This document shows, one piece after another, positions 23,280 through 33,620 of a stretch of DNA of 34,240 nt. The position numbers and the translations under genes were made by a program. This DNA is from Catajapyx aquilonaris. Taxonomy: Eukaryota. The DNA lies in contig JYFJ02004158.1 of assembly GCA_000934665.2 (NCBI GenBank), forward strand, positions 1 through 34,240, in the 5' to 3' direction. Numbering within the stretch: position 1 is the stretch's first letter; each line of letters starts with the position of its first letter. The notes under the pieces were generated by a model, which did not search any database, was not told the origin of the DNA, and saw nothing but the letters and a program-made list of their open reading frames with translations.

Positions 23280-24339
23280 TCATGCAATTAGACCTACAAA
23301 ATTGTAAATCAACCGGTGCCATCTGTCTGCCTGGTCCAAGTACGCTGGGTGTCCTGCATCCTCCAGCTCAACCACTTTGGAGTTTGGCAGCTTCGACAAG
23401 TTGTCTCTTGACCTGTGACCCAGACCCTTGTCTCTGCTGCCATACACAATCAGCGTCGGGGTGTGGACGTCCTTCAGCTTGGCTCCAAGACCATCCGTCC
23501 CAACTGGAGCCACCGGTATGTACCCTTTTGGAGCACAGTCCGGGTTGGAGGTCACAAAGGGCACCGAGTACCCGCCGCTCATCGAGGGCGATACCAGCAC
23601 ATAGCCAGACGTACACAGGCCTAATGTTGAAACAAGTTCTGACATGAACTTTGTCTTGTCTCCTCGAAACTGGTCACGGGTCTTCCCATAACCTGCAGGT
23701 ATTAGTAACAAGTGCTTGGTAATCCCGTCAAGAGAGGACCACATATTAGCCCGAGAACAAACCTGGAAGATCAACTGCGATCGTCCGGTGTCCTGCAGCA
23801 GACATAATCTGGATGGTCCCGAGATCCAGCCATGTCTTGGATGAAAACGCAGCTCCATGCAGCAGAAGGATGGCCACATGTGTCGCATCTCCAGGCGCCT
23901 CCAGGTAATGCATGTTCACACCCTGACAAAACGCACCGTATTAATCCCACACATACACTGATCGCAACCTTGACCTCACCATGATGCTCATCTGCTCCGT
24001 CTTAACCTGCACGCCCTTTGCCCTTGTCACAACCTCGGACGGAACCTCCATCTGGTACAGGTCAGCGAACCTCCACTTGTCGCTCGCATCCGACATCCCT
24101 TTCCTCGCAGAAACCTGAAACCATGAGACAACAGCACACAATTAGCTTCAGATTATGATTATGATTATTCCAATTAAAGCGCTGCGTGACAGCTTCACGC
24201 TTCGGCGTACAGCGACCTTCCTGTAGTCCGTCCTCTCCTGGTCCGTGTCCCTGGTGAGTCTTCTCCAGGAGACGAACAGGAGGGAGCTGATGCCCACGAA
24301 CAAGAAGAATCGGCCCACGGTCGAAGCAGGGCTGGCCAT
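23280..24339 (-). CDS. ABHD14A: ABHD14A/B-family alpha/beta hydrolase with N-terminal signal anchor, about 276 aa: complement(join(23280..23692,23763..23922,23980..24114,24217..24339))
   Basis: ILLLHGAAFSSKTWLDLGT..AGHRTIAVDLPGYG, family-specific nucleophile motif VSPSMSG, PTLIVYGSRD (Asp), AGHPAYLD (His). N-terminal hydrophobic stretch FFLFVGISSLLFVSW. First donor is ambiguous (exon end 24217 or 24211). Confidence 0.88.
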
Positions 24340-24649
24340 CACTTGCTAAGTGCTCTCTGTACACTTCACCTGAATGTTGTTACCATTGGGCCGCATCCGA
24401 ATTCACATGGGCCGCGACCGAATCATTTTCGCAAAATAATTAAATTATGATTAAGCCTCATTGTTTGCCAATTAAATAATAAGAAAAAGGCCTATTTAAC
24501 ATTCTGGTGGAGCTTATGGTTTATAACAAATTAATGTTTTTTGCTAGTTGGCTAGTTGGCCGTTTGTGGCTTCGGGCGCTAGTTACCCACGAGACATGCT
24601 TGCACATGTCTTTGTTTACTTGCACGACATGCACGAACGTCATTCCAGG

Positions 24650-25512
24650 TCATACTGGAGAACTGGAGGAGACCAGAGTTGGGTAGAATTTGGCTCCGGT
24701 TACCCTGCACCATCCTGAGCAGGTGGAGGTCATGTTTGACTGAGGGGTCGGAGACAGGGACACTTTTGAAGGTTTCCTGTAGGACCGGAAGAACAAGGGG
24801 TCTCCTATACCCTAATGGCACTATTTACTGGATGGCTCTTTTGTGCCAGGCCAAACCAGCCACAACCATGATGCTGATCCCAGGGGGCCACAAGAGCTTT
24901 CCTCGCTGGACGTAGAGGCATGCAGAGATGGATCCAGGAAAGTCGCTGAGAGCGATTTTCGACAAAGAGAGTGCTACTGGGACAGGATGAATGCATATAC
25001 TGGAAGAATTTCAGCTCTGATGTAACTAAATACTTGCTGTACTACATGTAATAATGTATTATTATTTACCTTTGATGCCATGTTGAAGCATTGCATGATA
25101 ATTATGTGATTTATTATGCTCAACAATTTCCCTTTCCCTTTTCCCATAAAGCAACCAGCAATTATTTCATTTTGTTGTTTTGCAGGGACCCACAGGCTGC
25201 AGTGCTTGTTAGGTTTTCCCAACGAAAGCGCCATGGGGAAGAGGCGGAGGATGGCCTTGCCATTACTGGCCCAAAATACAGAGGAGTTTGCAGGTGGAAC
25301 TTCTCCAGTTCTGCCTGATCGCTAGTGGGAGGCCCTTCTATCTGGCCGAGAGGAGCTGCCCAAGTTGTTGTCACTTCAGTGCTTTTCCAGGCACCGAGGA
25401 CAGTGGAGGTGGGCTGCTAGGTGACGTTCGGCTCCACATAGACGGAACATTCGAGACAGCTCTGCAAATGTTTGACCAGCTTCTAACCGTAGCTGTTTCA
25501 GCCCATGATTAT
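24650..25512 (+). mobile_element. Degenerate Mutator-like (MULE) transposase with intron remnants
   Basis: Broken frames give a FLYWCH-like end HNHDAD (24861), SLRAIFDKE, ESAMGKRRR..P and the catalytic-region motif LHIDGTF..MFDQLLTV (DGTF at 25441-25452). Frameshifts and stops throughout; TIRs not found. Confidence 0.75.
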
Positions 25513-25912
25513 GTGAGTTTTTGTTGTTGTTATTAATAATGCACATGCAAAAAATTAAAATCCTGTGTCATCCCTATTATTATAAAGCTCAATATTGGTA
25601 CGTCATGTTTTGAATTGCGTTGTTGACTCTGTTGTTATAGAGGCAGGCTTCGCTGTCAACAATCAAAAGAAAGGATCTTCCTTCCTAACTCACGTTCGAA
25701 AATAATCAACATTCCATAATCAACAATGTAAAATCGGGCAGGTTGTTACAGAAGTGGATAAAGATAAAACTGTATTTCTAAACAGTCGCATTCGAATGTG
25801 CACAGTTGGAATGTGCAGATCAGTCAATCTCCATCTCCCATCCACTCCTTCACCCTCCCTCCCTCCTGTTCCATACCTCTTCCCCCTCCCTCAGACGATC
25901 AGCACTGCGCGT

Positions 25913-26020
25913 GCTCAAGTTCAAACACTGCCTCTTGCCGGGAACGTGCGGGTGCACTTGAATGGGGACTCATCAGCCGCCGATCTTGCAAGTGTGCTGC
26001 TGGAGATCGGACACTGGCAG
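25913..26020 (+). mobile_element. Helitron PIF1-like helicase fragment
   Basis: AQVQTLPLAGNVRVHLNGDSSAADLASVLLEIGHWQ resembles the Helitron helicase segment L..NMRVHL.GD.SA..FA..LL.IG.G. Short and isolated. Confidence 0.62.
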
Positions 26021-26149
26021 GAATCATATGGCAGTGACCGATGTGCATTATGAGGGCAATGTTGTTCAGGCTGTGAACATGCACTAAAATGAGCTAACTT
26101 GCCCATACATTTCATGTGAGCCAAGAGTATCTATAATATTAAAATCCTT

Positions 26150-26400
26150 GCGGGCGTTGGCCGAGCCCTCTGATTGGTCCGCCCCCATATTGTTGCCGCC
26201 ACCGCTTTCTATTGGCCCCCGTTACTACGATGCATTGTTACCATGGTGCCTCCAATTGGCCCCGTTCCGATCATGCGCAATGGGTGGGAGAACGCCACAG
26301 TCGCTGGCTGGACGTCAACGAGGACGCATCTCCTCTCCCGTGAAGACCCCTCCACCCTTCCACCTTCCTCCGCCCACGTCTTCACGGTGACCTCATAACA
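26150..26400. promoter_or_regulatory. Promoter-like CpG-rich island with no recognised gene
   Basis: Clustered ATTGG/CCAAT boxes (about 26173, 26211, 26252), GC boxes ccgccc (about 26179, 26370), CRE-like gacgtca (about 26311) and locally high CpG. Confidence 0.45.
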
Positions 26401-26659
26401 GGGGAGGGGGAAATGGAAGCCGTAAACAAGCCGAACATTGGACTACGGTCGATCGGTGTTTATCGGTGCAGTGGTGCTATAAAACTGCCAACTTTGTGGG
26501 CGTTTATAAAGCAAAATAATTTCAGTTTTTTAACATTTTGACGACGGAGTTTTTGAGCCATTGCCTTACCCGAGGGCCTGAGTTCTTTTTCCCCTTTTCC
26601 GGAAATTTGATGAAGAGTGATATTTTTAATGAATAATAATCCGCGGACTGCCCGGATTA

Positions 26660-27137
26660 CCTATCGTTGCCTGATCAAAATGACACTGTGATCCATTTTT
26701 GAGGGGGGAAGAGGTCAAATTACGACCTCACCAATTTTCTTGAATTCGGTGCATTGGTCTCCCACCCCAAGGGATGACAAACGCCCCTGTAGTTACCTGA
26801 ACAAAATGACCCTGCGATCCATATTGGAGGGGGGCAGAGGTCAAATTCCACCCTCACCGATTTTCTTGAAATTCGGTGCATTGACATATGCCCCCCTCCA
26901 ATGTGGGTCAATTTCGAGCAGGTAACTATAGGTGTGTTTTCATCCCTTGGGGTGGGCTACCAATGCACCAAATTTTAAGAACGTCGGTAAGGTCGGAGTT
27001 TTATGACTTGAACTCCGCCGCCCTTGAAAATGGGTCACAGGGTCATTTTGATCAGGTAACTATAGGTGCGTTTGTTATCCCTTGATGTGGGCTGCCAATG
27101 CACCGAATTTAAAGAAAATCGGTGAGGTCGGAATTTT
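26660..27137. repeat. Foldback-type repeat: two ~126-bp direct units followed by inverted copies
   Basis: Unit gttRcctgaWcaaaatgac...gaggtcaaatt..cctcacc.attttcttgaa.ttcggtgcattg starts at 26660 and 26786. Reverse-complement copies (caggtaactatagg, caatgcaccRaattt..gaaaatcggtgaggtc) lie in about 26905-27137. Confidence 0.85.
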
Positions 27138-27708
27138 ACAAGTTGAAAAATGTCCCAAGTTGTCAGGGCAAATCTCAAGACATCATAATTATGATGTCCG
27201 TAGTCGTCAAAGGGTTGAAGAAGGTCAACCTCCTGTCAACACCGCAGGGAGAGATTGTAAGCAGGATTGGCTGGGATATTCAACACTGAACCCGGGAATA
27301 GGTCGAGAATATCAAAAGAAATTGTCCGGAAGAATAATGAAATCAGTACGGTACTTGATCTTCTTTCTGTAGAGTTCCATGGATGTTTATAATAAAGGGG
27401 AGTTATGATTATGAGCAGTTACAAAACCTGGTCGGAAAGTGTGCATATAATTTAGATACATGTGTGCGATGAGTGCATGCGAGTAGAGGCGGTAGAGGTT
27501 GTGAATTTCTGTTCGTACAATAATTTATTGGGGGTTTTAAAAATTCAAAAGGAATTGGCATGTTGAGGCGGTGAGCAAATGCATGCAGAGCATTTCCCAG
27601 CCAATGCAATGCAAAGGTGGGATTTCAGACAGTTCGCAAGGTAGTACGGAATCGTGGATAACGGGCATATGCACAGTGCATGCAATGTATTTATTGATTG
27701 ATATAGGG

Positions 27709-28096
27709 CAGGGGTGGGCAACCTTTTTTCTCCATGGGCCACATAGAGATTTTTAAAAATTTGTCGGGCCACATTTAACAAAAGAAATTTCAACTTATAG
27801 AAAAGTTTACAATATTGTAAACTTTTTTATAAGTTGAAATTTCTTTTCTTATATTATATCCATCATTTTAAATGAACTTCCATTAATTGCATAAATTATC
27901 ATTAAATTATCTGAAGATCGATAAAATTAGCTAAATATATCAATGAAAATGGCCTGTATAAACAAAAACTGTTTTTGTGGATTTCAAAGAATTAAAAGGC
28001 ACAGGCATACAATTTTGCAATTTTAATTTGTCAAAATTTTCAGGAATTCCGAAAATTTTGCAATTGTCTTCGCGGGCCGTAGGTTGCCGACCCCTG
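27709..28096. mobile_element. hAT (Charlie-like) MITE, 388 bp
   Basis: TIRs caggggtgggcaacct / aggttgccgacccctg; 8-bp target duplication atataggg / atgtaggg (1 mismatch). Confidence 0.88.
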
Positions 28097-28199
28097 ATGT
28101 AGGGGAACCTGCCTAACGTGTCTCCCTTCAGAGAAAATCTCTGTTCATAACGGAATTCACTGCCCTACACCATACGTCCATACTGGGTTTCATAAATTG

Positions 28200-28950
28200 C
28201 TGATATTGCCCTCTGACCATGGCTTTGAAGATATTGATGAGGAAAGGGAACTACAGTATTTCTTGTTGGAAAACGAAGAGATGCCTTGCAGGGGGGCCAA
28301 GAAGATTGCGACTCATTGTTCGTATAGGTGTCCTGCCTTCAAGTTTAGTTCACTGTTCAGTTTTAAAATGTCCTGGAAGAGGAAGGGCAAGAGGAAGGGG
28401 TTGACCCACGCTCAATGTATTGCTTGTGTCATGGCCAATGGTCCAATAGAGCAGGCAAAAGTATTAGCTCAAAACTGGTGTGGCAACATTTAGTGCAGTG
28501 GTTCCCAACCTGTGGGTAGCGACCTCCTTGGGCCTTGGGGGTCGCAAAGCCTTTTCCCGTAGGTCACACGGTGGCTGCGGTAATATATTTTTACTTTCAA
28601 GAAATTTTACAGGAAACTTCACCACGAAAGTTTCAAAATGTTTTAATATGTCTACAATACATTACATTAATCTTCTACTAATACTTGGGGCGAGGGGGGT
28701 TGGGGTAGCAGGTTACTTGACTATCATAAAGTGGGATCGGGACCAGATAAGGGTTGGGAACCACTGGTTTAGTGCTTCAAATGGGTGGCTGGAAAGTTTC
28801 CGCAACAGGCACATAATTTCATCGAAAACAGTGCCTGATGATGCTAGTGTCGTGAATCTCAAAGTAGAATATTGGAAGAAAGTGCTGGGAAGCGTTGGTT
28901 CGGGGTATTCGAAAGAGAACATTTTCAACTGCAAAATGAAACTGCCCCCC
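28200..28950 (+). mobile_element. Degenerate Tigger/pogo transposase, interrupted by a MITE
   Basis: NGPIEQAKVLA..., FSASNGWLESFRNRHII..., WKKVL...YSKENIFNC are HTH and linker motifs of Tigger transposases, with frameshifts. Boundaries approximate. Confidence 0.8.
28496..28766. mobile_element. hAT (Charlie-like) MITE, 271 bp, nested in the Tigger remnant
   Basis: Perfect 15-bp TIRs cagtggttcccaacc / ggttgggaaccactg; 8-bp target duplication atttagtg / gtttagtg (1 mismatch). Confidence 0.92.
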
Positions 28951-29630
28951 TTATTTTTAAGATGTGCTGTATGCCAGATAAAACCGAAGGGTAAAACATA
29001 CTATTCCACAAAAGTGCTACTGTATGGATTGATTTGCACCATATTGAGGTAAGGTGCTTATTTTTGATCTCCCTATTTTCCTCTGTTTCTCACCGGCAAA
29101 AAATATCAGTAACGTCCTTGATCTCATAATAAAGTGAAACCTAAACATTGCGGAAAAGCTTTAGGGTCCCATGGGAGTTTGCAATGCACAGGTTTCACTG
29201 CATACGCATTGATTCAGCTAACCAAGGCGAGATAGTGAAAAAACTTTCGCTTATTGTTTTCAAATGCCACGCACAGGCCTACTACACTATGGCCCATAGG
29301 ACCAGTTGCATATGGATGAAGTTTATGAAGTGTATTTCATTCTTGCATACCCATATCTCTACCACCACAACACACCCGGGCAACACCAGGTTACTTGCAA
29401 GTTATTGTGGCTTTGCCAAGCTTCAATCACATGCAAGTGTCACTCCGTCCAACAATTGCAGTGAACTGTGGCGAACTGTGGTGAATAATATATGCAATGG
29501 GGGAAAATATTCGGGAGGCGAATATTGTCCCGGACGAAAGCTCCGAGAGGCATACTGCATGTGCAGGTTCTAGAAGCTTTTCGCTGCTTTTTACATTTAT
29601 CAAACTCTGTGCGAAAAACGGGTCCCCTGC

Positions 29631-29865
29631 TATGTCACAATATGTCATACCCATTTTTTGGATGTCACATTCTCATGTCATACGCATTTGTTGTATGTCG
29701 CATTTTTATGTCATGCGCATTTTTGTACGTTACAATATCATAGGTAGCATACCAAAAATGCGCACGACATAAAATGTCACATACAACAAATGCGTATGAC
29801 CATTAGCTCATGGTATGACATGAAAATGTGACATCCAAAATATGGGTATGACATATTGTGACATA
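29631..29865. repeat. Inverted minisatellite foldback built from tatgtca(c/t)a modules
   Basis: Left arm 29631-29725 and right arm 29753-29865 are reverse complements (for example tatgtcacaatatgtcataccca / tgggtatgacatattgtgacata). Confidence 0.88.
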
Positions 29866-30631
29866 CAAAAAATGTGTATGACATAAAAATGTGACATTTA
29901 TGGTACACCCTGTATTGCGGGTGCTTGGAAATGTCATTCTGCCACCATGAAAACATGATGCATACTCTGGAGCAAATCCAGCGGAGTATATCCAGCGGTT
30001 TTTCTGCCTTTCCCCCTGTTGCGCTGGTATGTTGGGCCTAACCAATCTCTGAACCACTCCGAACCTCCCTCCGGAACCAGGTTCAACTCCGGAGGCGTTG
30101 GCCCAAACCAAACGCCGGACCAAGCTGGCAGGCTCCCAACCAAACTCCGGACCCGCTCCGACCTTGGCCCCACTCTCCCCCCGAACCGGCTTGAACCCGA
30201 ATCAAGCTCTGACCCGGCTCTACTGTTCTACTGAGTGGCTCCGATGTTATCGGGTTCGGAGAGCAAGGGTTCAGTTTGGTTCACAAGCTATACTTACACG
30301 TTCATGGAAAACGCAACGTATTTCTTGGAAACAGTCTCGAAGTCCCTAAATTAATATTCAAGAAGGTCGCTGTAAATTCCATCGCCTAGAGTTTCGCTAG
30401 CACTTACTCTGTATAAAAGTTACATGTTACTTTCATGTTAAAATGCAGCAAGTTCTAAGGACCACGTTAGTATTGCAAGTTACTCCACACCTCTGACACA
30501 CTCATTTGTATGCTTACACAACAGAATTGAAGAAACAACCCTAATCTGAATTCTGTACATTTTCTGAGCATGGAAATTGAACTCTGGACTTTGACAGAGC
30601 ATTAATGAACACTCACTGAATATTTGAATAC

Positions 30632-30857
30632 TGTTATGGAAGAACGTTGCAAATGACTTTTGGCAACTTTTCAGGAGACGTGTTTTTCTGCCGTGGATCC
30701 CATGCAACGTGAATGCACTCTGTCCGCCTTTTTCTCGGCTAAATGAACAGATGGCATTGGGTGGACTGTACTGTTCGAACCAGCCGGCCATTTGCTATGT
30801 TTCTACATTGTCAACTCAAAACCGCCAAAATGTCATTTGCAACGTTCTTCCATAACA
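30632..30857. mobile_element. Small inverted-repeat (MITE-like) element of unknown superfamily
   Basis: Arms tgttatggaagaacgttgcaaatgacttttggc (30632-30664) and gccaaaatgtcatttgcaacgttcttccataaca (30824-30857), one indel. No clear target duplication. Confidence 0.65.
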
Positions 30858-32901
30858 ACATTCATTTGTACATTGCTGTTAGACAAGAGATGTAATGGCT
30901 GTGTCAAAGTTGTGTTCATGATGGAAACTTTTTCTTTTGTGGCATTTCCAGGACTCCATAAGTTGAACAGTAAAATCACACCTCATTGGATACAGTCCTA
31001 CTCATTGAGCTATTCCATGAATTTTTGGAGACAATCGGTTGCATAGGCTGTTTTTTTTTTTTTGTTTGAGTTAAAGCAACAAATGCTATTAGGTGATAGA
31101 CAAGTAGAGACAGAAACAAAGAGAGAGATACAGTAGTGAGTGTCAAATGTCTTTTATCACCTTCCCATGTTGCGTGACCCTGCAGTAGATGAAGTTACTG
31201 CCATATTGGCTGTGGGAATGAGAATTGGCTGATGTGTAACCAGCAAAACATTCAAACTACAGTAGTTCAGGAATGTTGATTATTTCGCAAATGTACAGAA
31301 GTACCAGTGCTTTTGTAAGTAACATGCACCTAGTTCCAATGGAATAATCTGTTTTCGCAGGAATGCTCATGTCAGTGGAGATGGTCCAACCAAGGCTGCC
31401 ATGAGGAAGGGTGATTTCCTGGACAACACTTTCTCAATGATTTCCACAGTACAATTCTTTGGAGCCAACGTCTAACTTGCACTGGAACACCAGAGCTTCA
31501 ACTAGACTCACGGCGAGAGCATTGCAGATGAAACCTGGATGTGGTTGACAGTTTCAAGGAGCCAAGAAATGGTCAGTTATACACGAGGTGGCGTGAAAAT
31601 GAGTCTGTTATATCAGCAGTAAAAATACACAGGCCCTTTATATGGAAGCATGCCGGGACCGGCCTTTCGAGTCTGTTATGTTATGTCTGCATCACCTGTA
31701 GTTGTTGGTGAGACACGCTGATTATTAGGTGGGAAAGAAAACTAGTGGTCATTTTTCAAGTTTCCATGTGGATGGTGAAGCCTTCGTGCAGTAGAAGGAG
31801 TAAGCAGTGCCCTTATTGCCTATGCAATATTTATGTAAGTGGCATTGATGTGAAATGGTTTTGCAGTTGCAATTTGTGCCATGTAAGATGGCTTGAACTA
31901 TCAATGGGTAAAGAAGCATACAGGCTCTGAAGTGAAAAGCAGAATTTCAAAGAATTTCACTGGTCACTTTCTTCAACTCAATAATAATATTTTGGTATTG
32001 GGTTAGGACATCTTTCCACAATAAGGGAAAAATCAGTATTGTGATGTTAATTTTTGTAAATAATGATTTTAATGAAAATGCTTTAACTAGGATAATCATA
32101 TGAAAGTACGGTGTCATACCGATTATCAAGGTTCTTCAGAGGCAGTGGTGTTACTCGTTCCGTAAGAAGAAAGTATTTCGATGTCTCTGTTGTGGAAGGT
32201 CATTCCTGGCCTAGGTGATGACCCAACACCTGAGGTCTCCTCTGCCAACGGAAACTTTCCAGGTTTCTAGGTTCCCCAACAAAAGTCATGAGATTCTCTG
32301 ACACTGCCTGGACCATCATATGCGACCAGGCATTGACGTGACTTTTGTCTTCCTCATCACAACTTTGGGTGGGGAGGTTTTAACACACCTGCACCTCCAG
32401 TCCCAATCTCAACCTTCCTCTTTGGTTGTGGTAAAGAAATTGGCTGGAAAGTTTTCATTGAAAGCGAAGATCCATGCTCAAGCCACGGGCTTTCATACGA
32501 AGAGCATTGATCAACCTGTGTTGCAATGAAGTATGTTATGGACCTTGTACCTTGGAAGTACTTTTCTCTGCAGCTTGTTAATTGGTACATTTTTTTGAGA
32601 TGGAGAGCTGATGATTGTCTTGTATGCGATTGCTGCTTTCTCCAGCCAAAGCAGATCATTGAGCATGTAGAACTGGAGAAAATAACTGATTCTGGTAATA
32701 TGGAGGCCTCCGGATTGAGGAGACAATCCGAAGGGCCGTGTCCCCCAAAGTGAGGTGAAGTGAGCAAGGTTGGAAAAAGGTAGTCGAGACAGATTTAGTT
32801 ACAACCAAATTATTATTCAAAAAAAAATTAAATTACAAACAAAAATTATCGAACAGGTGTGGTTATTCTTGGTTACACTCTTACGCTCTCCCCCCCCCCC
32901 C

Positions 32902-32907
32902 NNNNNN
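32902..32907. other. Assembly gap or ambiguous bases next to a C12 run
   Basis: Six N characters; true length unknown. Confidence 0.99.
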
Positions 32908-33299
32908 TTCCATGCTTGGGACGTCATCTTGTGTTGCGGCCAGCCGTCTTGTGATGCGGACAACCATCTTGGATTGTTGGGACTTGATGCAAAAACAACT
33001 AATTTTGGGAGGAGTTTTTACAAATGGGTATAATTAGCTGACTGGATCAGCATCGCAGCCTAACTATTCCCACTTCGGCAGACCCCCTTTTTAATTTCCT
33101 GCTTCACCCAAAAATCTGGCCCCTCTCAAAAATTACCTCCCAGCCCAACTAATCCTGTCTCCTCTCCATCATGGCCACAACACCACTACCCCGCCTAACA
33201 TCCCAGCAAACGCCGCACCCATTCGCTCTCCCATAGCCCCACTCGAAAACTCCACTACCTGGGTGCCATCCCAACAATAACCCAACCCTGAGACCTTAA

Positions 33300-33620
33300 T
33301 TTAAATTTACATCCCTAAAAATGGCGTGGTCGCCGCCCCAATCGGAGCCCCGGCTACCTCAACCGTCCGGCACTAAGGTCTCTCTGCCCCGAGTCGAGCG
33401 CGAGCCCTGCGAGCCCCCCTCTCGACGCTGTCTCAGCGAGCCACTTTTTTTGTAGACTCGCACCTGAATGGGCCGAAGATTGGTTCGAAATTTAAATATA
33501 CCGCGCCCTATTGGTCAAACAAAATTACCAAGAAATTACACCAACCAGATATCTCTATATCCCTAATGAACCGCCGGCTTCAAAAACTGTCACTGATTGG
33601 TCAAGACACTCACGTGACCC
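33300..33620 (-). promoter_or_regulatory. Putative cell-cycle-type promoter (CCAAT boxes plus CDE/CHR)
   Basis: Minus strand has CCAAT at 33600-33596, 33514-33510 and 33483-33479, CGCGG-TATA-TTTAAA at 33505-33491, TTTGAA at 33584-33579 and E-box CACGTG at 33611-33616, in CpG-rich context. Confidence 0.5.

Noticed and set aside
23693..23888. N-terminal part of the 202-aa ORF 23280..23888
   Set aside because: Wrong-frame read through exon 3 and an intron; the HGAAFSS/VDLPG motifs are in another frame joined by splicing.
28480..29052. 190-aa ORF as a domesticated Tigger-derived gene
   Set aside because: About half is MITE sequence, it starts at GTG, the DDE domain is absent and upstream Tigger sequence is frameshifted.
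32908..32967. Calling the MVVRITRR start a cyclin B gene
   Set aside because: Only a loose likeness to the human cyclin B1 N-terminus; no destruction box or cyclin box is visible in the window.
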